Assembly (NCBI GenBank): GCA_003697105.1
Contig: RFFQ01000183.1
Location: 1 to 45,051, forward strand
Reading direction: 5' to 3'
DNA from: Gemmatimonadota bacterium
GTDB lineage: Bacteria > 4572-55 > J002
Length of the DNA stretch: 45,051 nucleotides
Under the pieces are notes generated by a model, which saw nothing but the letters and a program-made list of their open reading frames with translations, was not told the origin of the DNA and made no database searches. The position numbers were made by a program, and so were the translations under genes. Position 1 is the stretch's first letter, and the number at the start of each line of letters is the position of its first letter. Of this stretch, positions 19,021 to 27,161 are shown piece after piece.

Positions 19021-19512
19021 TTAATCCAAATAAAGGCTTTTGATTTTACCCCATGTTTTATTTTTTTTATGGGAAATTCCGAGCATCTGATTCAATTTGT
19101 CCCGCAACAAACGTTCCCCCGGGAGTTCCAAACTTTGAGAGACAATTTCATTTTCCGCATTAATAAGCAAATACCCCTGTTCGTCCATCGCAAACAGATC
19201 GGCGAACGTTCCGTCATCTTGCAGAAGCGGATATAAAGCTGAAGTGGATTCAACTGAGACTGATTCAGGAGAAACCACCCATACATCCAGATGGTAATCG
19301 GTATAATCGGTAAGTATAGCCTCATAGGGGGCTATATCAGTAGAATTGCCGGTGTAGATGATTATCAACGGTGTTACGGCGCGGGTCGAAAGGGTATATA
19401 GCTGATGGTCACTATCAGGCAGGGTGAAGTCTGGTGCGGTTTTAGCACCTACCGTGGAGAGTGAAAATAAAGTTAGAATTGTAATGATGCCCAATCCTGA
19501 TGTGAATCTCAT
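19021..19512 (-). CDS. Exported redoxin-fold (AhpC/TSA-like) protein without cysteines, with a C-terminal TWGKIK motif
   Basis: Signal peptide; APDFTLPD; YPLLQD; YLLINAENEI. No Cys in the protein. Ends TWGKIKSLYLD. Confidence 0.65.
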   Translation of the reverse strand: MRFTSGLGIITILTLFSLSTVGAKTAPDFTLPDSDHQLYTLSTRAVTPLIIIYTGNSTDIAPYEAILTDYTDYHLDVWVVSPESVSVESTSALYPLLQDDGTFADLFAMDEQGYLLINAENEIVSQSLELPGERLLRDKLNQMLGISHKKNKTWGKIKSLYLD

Positions 19513-19552
19513 AAAATCACCTTCTAAACCATCAAGCAACATAACAAAAAAA

Positions 19553-19628
19553 TGGCTGGGGCGGCAGGATTCGAACCTGCGAATGCTGGAACCAAAATCC
19601 AGTGTCTTAGCCGCTTGACGACGCCCCA
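19553..19628 (-). tRNA. tRNA-Gln (anticodon TTG)
   Basis: TGGGGCG...CTGGA-TTTTGGT-TCCAG...GCAGG-TTCGAAT-CCTGC-CGCCCCA-G-CCA; 76 nt cloverleaf with encoded CCA. Confidence 0.97.
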
Positions 19629-19647
19629 GCCTTAAAAATGCGCCGTA

Positions 19648-19677
19648 ATTATAGCGCGATTAGTAGCAATTTGTCAA
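19648..19677 (-). promoter_or_regulatory. Consensus sigma70 promoter of tRNA-Gln and the downstream genes
   Basis: Minus strand TTGACA-N18-TATAAT followed by a GC-rich discriminator-like stretch. Confidence 0.8.
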
Positions 19678-19797
19678 CCCTTTTTTCGTAAGTGCACTTT
19701 AATTTCTAAAGTACAGCTTCTCTCCGTTTCCTGCCATTTACGGACAAAGGAAAATCTGTCGTATTATAAATGGTGTGGAGGCGTGTATCTCTCTGCA

Positions 19798-20502
19798 TTA
19801 CCACGGTATCTTGGCTCGATCCCGGAAAAAGCCGCCAGTGGGGCCATCATCGGGTAATAACGCCAGCCAAATGGCAGTATCTGCCCCCTCGTCCACGGGT
19901 CGCGGTGCGTTCTCTCCCCCCATTGCCGTTTTGACCCAGCCGGGGGACATCGCGTTGACCAGAATATTGGTATCTTTCAACTCATCCGCAAGAATAGCAG
20001 TCATGGCGTTCATTGCCACTTTGGATAAGCGATATGCTGGGTAGCCGCCAGCCATGGAGTGTAAGGCACCTAAACCACTGGAAACATTGACAATTCGTCC
20101 ATAATTTCGGGCTTTCATCAGCGGGATAAACATTTGGCATAACCGCAAAGCACCATAGGCATTAATTTCCATGGTTTCTCGCACTTTGTCTAAAGAAACG
20201 GTCAAGCCCCAATCCGAACGGTCTAGCAAGACGCCCGCATTATTGACCAGAATATCCAAGCGCCCAAACTCTGCTTCCACATAGGTGACGGTCTGGATAA
20301 TACTCGCTTCATCCGTAACATCTAGCTGATGAAAATGGATGTCCAAACCTTGACTAACCAAACTCTTAGTGACTGCTCTTCCCGCCGAGGCATTACGTGC
20401 CGTGAGAATAACCTCGACGCCTTCATACGCCAACTGCCGGCAGATCTCCAAACCAATACCGCGATTTGCTCCTGTAACTAATGCTATTTTTTTGGAACCC
20501 AT
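19798..20502 (-). CDS. SDR family oxidoreductase (carbonyl reductase-like)
   Basis: TGANRGIG, NNAG, YRLSK, SPGWVKTAMGG. Confidence 0.93.
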   Translation of the reverse strand: MGSKKIALVTGANRGIGLEICRQLAYEGVEVILTARNASAGRAVTKSLVSQGLDIHFHQLDVTDEASIIQTVTYVEAEFGRLDILVNNAGVLLDRSDWGLTVSLDKVRETMEINAYGALRLCQMFIPLMKARNYGRIVNVSSGLGALHSMAGGYPAYRLSKVAMNAMTAILADELKDTNILVNAMSPGWVKTAMGGENAPRPVDEGADTAIWLALLPDDGPTGGFFRDRAKIPW

Positions 20503-20633
20503 TGGTCTCCTCCCGTTGAATCGACAACGTGCGATGATTGTTCATGTGACCAGATAAATTTCGTTGCAATCATACCCTAGATGGTGTATTCTGTCAATCC
20601 AAAATCAATTTCGTCGCACAAAAAAAGGAAAAA

Positions 20634-21293
20634 ATGATGATTCATGCCGTTATTTTTGATATGGATGGGGTTCTGGTGGATTCCGAGCCTATTTACCAAC
20701 GCCAAGAGTTGGATTTATTCCGGGAATTGGGTATTGAAATGAGTGAAGCGGAGCACAACCAGTTTGTAGGGATGGGTACCAAAACCATGTGTGAAATACT
20801 CATTAAGCGGTATCATCTAAACTGGACTGTACCGGAGTTGGTGGAGAAGTCAGAGCGCATGTATTTGGAGTATTTCCATCGCGAACCCACCATCACACCC
20901 ATAACGGGGGCAGAAACATTGATCCAAACAGTTTACCAGCTCAGGTTAAAAATTGCCCTCGCATCCTCTTCTTCGCGGGAAAATATTCGTATCGTTTTGG
21001 AGCGGCTTGGGTTCGGTGATTATTTTCCCATCCGGGTTTCGGGCGAGGAGGTTCCCCAAAGCAAACCTGCACCGGATATTTTCCGGCTGGCGGCAAACCG
21101 GCTTCAGGTGGAACCGGCGCATTGTTTGGTAATTGAAGATTCCCGTAATGGGGTGTTAGCCGCAAAAGCCGCCGGGATGCGGTGTATCGGGTATGCCGCA
21201 CCGAATGCCCGTTCGCAAGGATTAGAGCCGGCTGACATAGTGGTTACACATCTAACAGACATTCATTTGAACACGTTAATCTCCCAATTTTGA
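20634..21293 (+). CDS. HAD family phosphatase (beta-phosphoglucomutase-like)
   Basis: FDMDGVLVDSE, ASSS, KPAPDIF, IEDSRNGVLAAKAAGM. Confidence 0.93.
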   Translation: MMIHAVIFDMDGVLVDSEPIYQRQELDLFRELGIEMSEAEHNQFVGMGTKTMCEILIKRYHLNWTVPELVEKSERMYLEYFHREPTITPITGAETLIQTVYQLRLKIALASSSSRENIRIVLERLGFGDYFPIRVSGEEVPQSKPAPDIFRLAANRLQVEPAHCLVIEDSRNGVLAAKAAGMRCIGYAAPNARSQGLEPADIVVTHLTDIHLNTLISQF

Positions 21294-21304
21294 GGTCGCT
21301 CGCG

Positions 21305-22531
21305 ATGACAGACCCCATTGCCCGGAACATTTGGCGCTACCAACTATTTACAGCCATTTCCTTTATGCCGATCATGTTACCGGTGATCGTCCTGTTCTGG
21401 CAGGAAAATGGGCTTGATATGTTTCAGGTGTACCTATTGCAAAGTATTTTTGCCCTTGGAATGGTGATTCTGGAAATTCCGACCGGAATGATTGCGGATC
21501 GATTGGGCAAGCGTACCAGCCTGATTTTTGCCATGTCGATCATGACCATCGGGCTGGTGGTCTATGCGGTGGGGAGTTCCTTTTGGGTATTTCTTCTCGC
21601 AGAATTAGTGCTCTCGCTGGGGATTTCACTCCTTTCAGGAGCAGATTCCGCTTTACTGTACGATACCCTCAACCATCTGGGACGGCAGGATGACTATCAG
21701 CGGATTGAAGGACGCGCGCGGGCAATCCAAATGGTGGTTTTTGCGTTAGCGAATCTGTTAGGAGGCGCTATCGGAGAGTTTTCCTACCGGGCAACCATTT
21801 GGGCAACCGCCATCGGACCCTTTGTGGGCTTAATTCTTGCCATCGGGTTTGTGGAGGTCAATCAACCGGCGCCAAGCGAATCCTACCGAGCGGCTTTCAA
21901 AGCGTACCGCGAGTTAATCCGTAGTTCGTTCACATTTGTGCGTAAGCACCAATTTGTGCGCTGGCAAGTGCTCTTCTTAGGGGTGACGACCACTAGCGGC
22001 GCGTGGCTACTCTGGCTTTACCAACCCTACATGGAATTGAGCCACTTACCGGTCTGGGGGTTTGGCGCCGCATTTGCCATCTTTAATCTATATGCGGCAG
22101 GTGCCAGCCATGTTGCCCATCATGTTGAAACGCGGTTGGGGCGAAATGGTGTTATTATGCTATTTATTATTTTGCAGGTCAGCCCGCTCATTTTGATGGG
22201 ACTGGTTATCACGCCGCTTAGTTTTCTATTCATTTTAGGACACCAGACCGTGCGGGGTATGTCTCGACCGATTATTAGTGATTGGATTTTGCGATACACC
22301 TACGCTGATAAACGGGCAACGATTTTATCGATCAGTTCGATGGGTAGCCGGCTCTTTTTTGCGCTTACCTCACCGCTGATTGGCTGGATTGCCGCCAAAA
22401 CAACCCTCCCGGTCACGCTTTACTTCCAAGCCGTATTTTTGGTAGTCTTATTCGGAGTTTTGGTGACGATCTACCAGCGAATCCCGGAAAAATATTTCCA
22501 TGTGAAAGATACCGTCAAAGAAAAACATTGA
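21305..22531 (+). CDS. MFS transporter
   Basis: About 12 hydrophobic segments; LEIPTGMIADRLGKR (motif A); SGADSALLYD. Confidence 0.9.
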   Translation: MTDPIARNIWRYQLFTAISFMPIMLPVIVLFWQENGLDMFQVYLLQSIFALGMVILEIPTGMIADRLGKRTSLIFAMSIMTIGLVVYAVGSSFWVFLLAELVLSLGISLLSGADSALLYDTLNHLGRQDDYQRIEGRARAIQMVVFALANLLGGAIGEFSYRATIWATAIGPFVGLILAIGFVEVNQPAPSESYRAAFKAYRELIRSSFTFVRKHQFVRWQVLFLGVTTTSGAWLLWLYQPYMELSHLPVWGFGAAFAIFNLYAAGASHVAHHVETRLGRNGVIMLFIILQVSPLILMGLVITPLSFLFILGHQTVRGMSRPIISDWILRYTYADKRATILSISSMGSRLFFALTSPLIGWIAAKTTLPVTLYFQAVFLVVLFGVLVTIYQRIPEKYFHVKDTVKEKH

Positions 22532-22634
22532 TGCGCGTCAAAAAAGAGATTGAATTTTTCTGAATTTTCGGGTATACTAAACCGTAATAATCAGATAACA
22601 TTATATTTGTCACCTATTTCTCGAACAAAATCAG

Positions 22635-23486
22635 ATGATCAGACTCAATCGATTGAAATCCAAATGGCAGATATGCGGTAGAATTCCGCTGGCGCAACTT
22701 GTCGCGGCACGACAGCAATTACATCAAGCGGCACAACTTGTGGGGGCGTTTGGGATGTCCTATTTGGAGCCTCAACCGGATGGCATACATGCCCGGCTGG
22801 TCTGGATTGATCGCTTAAAGGGTGTGGCTTCCGCTCCTGCCAAGACATATCGAGTTGGACTCCGCTTACCGGATTTAACCTTGCTGTGGCTCGATGAATT
22901 CGGTATGATTTTAAGCGAATATGGAATGCGTCAGCAGACACTTAGCCACACGTTGGCGTGGTTGAAAGACCATTTAACACACGCGGGATTCAATCCGGAT
23001 CAATTCATGATGGAGACCCCATCCGGTTTAGCTGGGGGAGCAACGAGCCGGTTTCAGGTGGATAATCCAAAAGCATTTGATGAACTCACCCGCTATTTTA
23101 GTAATGCACATCTCATTTTAGAGGCATTAGCGGCAAAACTTTCACCCGGGAACAAGGTCTATTGCCGGGCCAAGCCATTTGATATCCGTTTTGTCTATTT
23201 TTTGGATCAATCTTCGGAGTCCACGTCACAACAATCGATTTGTTTGGGGTTATCTTTGGGGGATACAGCATTTTCCGAACCGTACTTTTATGGTCAATTT
23301 TTACCTGAGCCGGACGTAAATCCGAACAGCTTGCCTGAACTTGCCGGAGCGGGACAGTGGTACACGGACGCTTGGTTTGGCACGGCGTTACCAGCGTCGC
23401 AAATTGTAACCGATTCCGAAGATCACCAATTACAGCAAATTAGTAACTTTTTGGAATCCACTCTTCAGGCGGTTTCTCATTTTTAA
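22635..23486 (+). CDS. Hypothetical protein (resembles DUF5996-like family)
   Basis: 283-aa ORF with R.QLH.AAQ and GLSLGD..FSEPYFY motifs. Family assignment is tentative. Confidence 0.55.
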   Translation: MIRLNRLKSKWQICGRIPLAQLVAARQQLHQAAQLVGAFGMSYLEPQPDGIHARLVWIDRLKGVASAPAKTYRVGLRLPDLTLLWLDEFGMILSEYGMRQQTLSHTLAWLKDHLTHAGFNPDQFMMETPSGLAGGATSRFQVDNPKAFDELTRYFSNAHLILEALAAKLSPGNKVYCRAKPFDIRFVYFLDQSSESTSQQSICLGLSLGDTAFSEPYFYGQFLPEPDVNPNSLPELAGAGQWYTDAWFGTALPASQIVTDSEDHQLQQISNFLESTLQAVSHF

Positions 23487-23543
23487 CCTGTACGATTCAT
23501 AAATGGTGTCTTTGACCCATTTGGGGACATTCCCCAACTTTTT

Positions 23544-23580
23544 ACAGGTGCGGCGCACTTTGAAAGTGCGTCGCACCTGT
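23544..23580. repeat. REP-like long palindrome
   Basis: ACAGGTGCGGCGCACTTT-G-AAAGTGCGTCGCACCTGT: 18-bp arms with one mismatch (G-U pair in RNA). Confidence 0.8.
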
Positions 23581-23617
23581 TAATTTAGGTTGAAGAGCCA
23601 TCCGCCGGTAACCCACA

Positions 23618-23642
23618 AATCCCCATTATGGCGGGGTTTTTT
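23618..23642 (+). terminator. Possible terminator
   Basis: AATCCCC...GGGGTT hairpin followed by a T-run between convergent genes. Confidence 0.45.
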
Positions 23643-23691
23643 CATTCCCGAATGACTCGTTTACAGAAAATAAGCTTATTTAACGTCAGTT

Positions 23692-24175
23692 CTATCCTGC
23701 CTGAGTCCAAAAATCTGCCAGCAGTTCAGCTTGGCTCAAAACTTTGGTGACGGATTCGGTGTATTCGCCGGTGGCTGGGTCGTCGGGCGGGTATTTGTAT
23801 CTGCGCAGGATGCGCTTGACCATGACACGCAGTTTGGCCTGCACGCTCTCTTTGAGTTGCCAGTCGATAGTGGCGTTTTTGCGCACCTCCTCCACCAGTT
23901 TGAGGGCGATTTGCCTGAGAAGACGATGCCGCCGGAGGGCCACGGCGAGCCGTTTTTTGAGTTCCTCGCGGCTGGCGGCCTGGACGGGGGTCTGGGGGAC
24001 AAGCCGCCCGCAGGGTGGAGTCAATCGCCCGGTTGACGGCGTAATACTGGTGGTAGGCGGCAGTTTTTTCTGTGTCCCTGGCGGGCTTTCTCGAAGACGA
24101 TGAAGTGCCGCAGGACATCCAGCAGGGTGTGCTTGTCGAACAGGCCGCGCCGCATGGGTTCGAGTTCGGATTCAC
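23692..24175 (-). pseudogene. hsdR: Type I restriction endonuclease subunit R remnant (multiple deletions and frameshifts)
   Basis: Successive HsdR motifs in different frames: ELEPMRRGLFDKHTLLDVLRHFIVFEK; AAYHQYYAVNRAIDSTLRAA; QTPVQAASREELKKRLAVA/SGGIVF; C-terminal IDWQLKESVQAKLRVMVKRILRRYKYPPD...VLSQAELLAD. Confidence 0.85.
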
Positions 24176-24186
24176 AGAGAGCAGGA

Positions 24187-24770
24187 CTATTCATTTTCGA
24201 TATACTCCGCGATTATCTCCAAATCAGATTCTATCTGGTGGAACGCTTCAAATTCTTCTTTACCCCCAAACCATTCCAGCGTTTTGGCACGCGCTACTTT
24301 GGTCGATCGGGTCGAGCAGATTGCCTGATAAGATGAAAAAGGCCACTTGCGGAAATCATCCACAAAACCATGTTTTTGCGGATTGCGGTGAATGTAGGCG
24401 ATCAGGGTGGCGAAATAACGCTCATCCTGGACGGGTTTCCGTTTGAACGGTTTTTCGAACAGGCTGCCCGTCCGCCCGTAGGCCTTGTTGATGGCTTTGT
24501 GTAGGTGCTGAACAGGTTGGAAAACGCTTGGGAGGGGGACTTTAAGGACTTTAAGGACTGGCAGTCCTCAGAGGACTGCCAGTCCTGAGGATCGAGAATT
24601 CTCACCAGCAGATGAAAATGATTGCGCAACAGGCAATAGGCATAGGTTTCTACCACAGGCTCGATATATCTGGCATACAATTTCATGAAGTAGGTATAGT
24701 TGCGGGTTTCGATGAACAGGTTTTCACGGTTGTTGCCGCGGTTGTAGATATGATAGATGACGCCGAGAGA
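24187..24770 (-). mobile_element. RAYT / IS200-like Y1 tyrosine transposase, frameshifted
   Basis: YHIYNRGNNRENLF, YAYCLLRNHFHLL (HUH). After a 1-nt frameshift near 24497 the frame continues KAINKAYGRTGSLFEKPFKRK...YIHRNPQKHG...WPFSSY...IENE-stop (24187). Confidence 0.85.
24554..24586. repeat. REP-like palindrome inside the RAYT coding sequence
   Basis: AGGACTGGCAGTCCTC-A-GAGGACTGCCAGTCCT is a perfect 16-bp inverted repeat, preceded by GGACTTTAA x2. Confidence 0.85.
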
Positions 24771-24776
24771 GGACTT

Positions 24777-24809
24777 AGGACTGCCAGTCCTTTGAGGACT
24801 GGCAGTCCT
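24777..24809. repeat. REP-like palindrome upstream of the RAYT
   Basis: AGGACTGCCAGTCCT-TTG-AGGACTGGCAGTCCT is a perfect 15-bp inverted repeat built from the same unit as 24554-24586. Confidence 0.85.
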
Positions 24810-24821
24810 GTCGGTTGAAGG

Positions 24822-24875
24822 CAGTTTATCAGCCGTGGCCCACAGGGTTTTTTCGAGTTCGTAATTGTCTGGCAT
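24822..24875 (-). pseudogene. hsdM: N-terminal fragment of a type I R-M methyltransferase (HsdM)
   Basis: MPDNYELEKTLWATADKL matches the HsdM start LEKxLWxxADKL(R), then breaks off just before the REP palindrome. Confidence 0.65.
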
Positions 24876-24954
24876 GGGCACATTACCTGTAATGTACGAT
24901 GTGGTTGGCTCATTGAGAATGAGGCTAAGCAAAACAACGGTGGTTCCACGTTGT

Positions 24955-25695
24955 TTACATGTGCATACCGCCATCCACCGATAGGGTCTGTCCGGTCAGG
25001 TAATCGGCATCTTCAGATGCCAAAAAGAGGACTACTTTCGCTACATCTTCCCCGGTTCCCATCCGACCCAGCGGAATTTGCTGGAGATAACTTGCTTTGA
25101 CCTCATCCGGTAAATTCGCGGTCATATCGGTTTCGATAAAGCCCGGTGCAACGGCATTCACGGTGATATTCCGGCTGGCAAGCTCTTTTGCTACGGATTT
25201 CGTAAAACCGATAACCCCTGCTTTGGATGCCACATAATTCGACTGCCCGGCATTGCCCATTAGCCCGACCACACTGGTAATGTTGATAATGCGTCCATAG
25301 CGTTGCTTCATCATCAAACGTGTGACCGCCTTAGTACAGTTGAATGTACCCGTTAGATTAATGTCGATCACTTGTTGCCAATCTTCTGGCTTCATGCGCA
25401 TTAGCAGGGTGTCTTTGGTAATGCCGGCATTATTGACCAAAATGTCAATTCGTCCAAAGGTCTCTTTTGCCTGTTGGATCATGTTGTCAACCGACTCTGA
25501 GTCCCGGACATCCACCGCCACTGGGAGAGCTTGCCGTCCCATTGCTTCGATTTCGGTTGCCACTGCGGCACATGCTCCTTCGGTTCGGCTACCAATAACC
25601 AAATGAGCGCCTTCGCCTGCTAAGGTGAGGGCAATCGCCTTTCCAATTCCGCGTGAAGCGCCGGTAACTAACGCAATTTTATCTTGTAACCGCAT
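24955..25695 (-). CDS. fabG: 3-oxoacyl-[acyl-carrier-protein] reductase
   Basis: TGASRGIG, NNAGITKDTLLMRM, GNAGQSNYVASKAG, VAPGFIETDMT. GAGGA RBS before ATG 25695. Confidence 0.95.
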   Translation of the reverse strand: MRLQDKIALVTGASRGIGKAIALTLAGEGAHLVIGSRTEGACAAVATEIEAMGRQALPVAVDVRDSESVDNMIQQAKETFGRIDILVNNAGITKDTLLMRMKPEDWQQVIDINLTGTFNCTKAVTRLMMKQRYGRIINITSVVGLMGNAGQSNYVASKAGVIGFTKSVAKELASRNITVNAVAPGFIETDMTANLPDEVKASYLQQIPLGRMGTGEDVAKVVLFLASEDADYLTGQTLSVDGGMHM

Positions 25696-25722
25696 GATAT
25701 TCCTCATGTTATATGTTTAAAA

Positions 25723-26238
25723 TTAAGTTCTTTTTTGATTCAATGGATTTTTAGAATCGGCTGCGGTCCGCCGGCGGTACATCACATGTTCAAATTGATC
25801 ATACATCCGGCGTCCTTGGACGACCCACTCCGTGAAATCGACTTCCGGGAAATAGGTATCCCCCTCAAATTTGCCTTTAATCCACGAAATGACCAATCGA
25901 TCTACCAACGGCAGTGCTTCGTCATAAATACAAGCCCCGCCGATAAAAAAGATCGGTTTAAGATGCTGTTCGGCGAGCGCGATAGCTTCGGAGATATTCG
26001 GCACAATATCAAAGTGCTCCTGGGGGGATAAGGATTGGCTTACCACAATATTGTGCCGTTGAGGCAGGGGATTGCCAATGGATTCAAATGTGCGCCTGCC
26101 CATAATCACCGTGTTGTTCAGGGTTAACCGTTTGAACAATTTCAAATCTTCGGGGATATGCCAGGGGATAGTGCCATCTTTACCGATGACACGGTCTGCC
26201 GTCATAGCGGCAATAATGGTTTTTTCTTGGGGAATCAT
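25723..26238 (-). CDS. folA: Dihydrofolate reductase
   Basis: VIGKDGTIPWHIPEDLKLFK, VIMGRRTFESIG.PLP.R.NIV, FIGGA, EGDTYFP. Confidence 0.95.
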   Translation of the reverse strand: MIPQEKTIIAAMTADRVIGKDGTIPWHIPEDLKLFKRLTLNNTVIMGRRTFESIGNPLPQRHNIVVSQSLSPQEHFDIVPNISEAIALAEQHLKPIFFIGGACIYDEALPLVDRLVISWIKGKFEGDTYFPEVDFTEWVVQGRRMYDQFEHVMYRRRTAADSKNPLNQKRT

Positions 26239-27101
26239 ACTGCCACCTCAAAATTGATTTTTGGATGCGCTTGGTAATTTTCCAGCGTAATGTCTTCAAA
26301 TTGTAATTGATTGAAGGGTTTGGGGGCAATCCGGATTGTTGGTAAGGGTAACGGTTCACGTGTCAATTGGGTATAGAGTCCTTCCAGATGATTTTCGTAA
26401 ATATGGGCATCAATGATGGTGTGGGCAAACTCACCCGGTTGGTAACCGGTTTCTTGTGCCAGCATCAGCGTGAGGAGCGAATAACAGGCAAGATTGAAGG
26501 GAATCCCTAGCGCAATATCCCCGGATCGTTGTGTTAAGTGGCAATTAAGCCGTCCCGCGGTAACATTGAAACAAAAGGTATAGTGGCACGGGGGTAGTTT
26601 GCTTTCAGCGGCGTTCCCCGGATGCCAGGCACTGACAATCATCCGGCGCCGGTTGGAAGTCGCTGGATTCTTTTTGATGGCGTGCAACGTATCGATCACA
26701 TATTGAATTTGATCAAAGACCGGCGCTTGGGTCACGGGATCGATAGAAATCCATTTATGACCCCATTTTTCACCGGCTTCGTGCCCGTGTTCGGGTACCG
26801 GAAATCGTCGCCAAAATCGCCCGTAAGCGGTTTCCAAGTGCCCTTGTTCATCAGCCCACGCATCCCAAATTTGGGTTTTTTGGCGCAGATGGCGAATGTG
26901 GGCTTCACCGCTCAAGTACCAAAATAACTCGTGCAACATAGACTTAAAATACATTTTTTTGGTGGTCAGGAGGGGGTAGCCATGTTGCAAATCGACCCGG
27001 TAAAAGTAGCTAAACACGCTCAGGGAGCGCACACCGGTGCGGTTTTCCTGCCAGACACCGTGTTCCAACACATAGCGGACCATATCCAGATAAACGTGCA
27101 T
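26235..27101 (-). CDS. thyA: Thymidylate synthase
   Basis: NRTG, PLLTTKK, LPPCH, QRSGD..LGIPFN, DAHIYENH. Overlaps folA by 4 nt. Confidence 0.96.
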   Translation of the reverse strand: MHVYLDMVRYVLEHGVWQENRTGVRSLSVFSYFYRVDLQHGYPLLTTKKMYFKSMLHELFWYLSGEAHIRHLRQKTQIWDAWADEQGHLETAYGRFWRRFPVPEHGHEAGEKWGHKWISIDPVTQAPVFDQIQYVIDTLHAIKKNPATSNRRRMIVSAWHPGNAAESKLPPCHYTFCFNVTAGRLNCHLTQRSGDIALGIPFNLACYSLLTLMLAQETGYQPGEFAHTIIDAHIYENHLEGLYTQLTREPLPLPTIRIAPKPFNQLQFEDITLENYQAHPKINFEVAV

Positions 27102-27161
27102 GGGTTACTCCGAGAGTTAAACTAGGGAAATGTTTTGTTGGGTTGAGAATCGGAGCGGTAA

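Noticed and set aside
19553-19800. tRNA-Gln as the integration site of an island
   Set aside because: No integrase or duplicated tRNA 3' end was seen, and downstream genes are housekeeping (ssb).
24537-24810. CRISPR array from the AGGACTG repeats
   Set aside because: Only two inverted doublets, no regular unique spacers and no cas genes.
24402-24974. 190-aa ORF as one real protein
   Set aside because: It is a chance read-through joining intergenic DNA, the hsdM stub, a REP and the first half of the transposase, and it ends out of frame.
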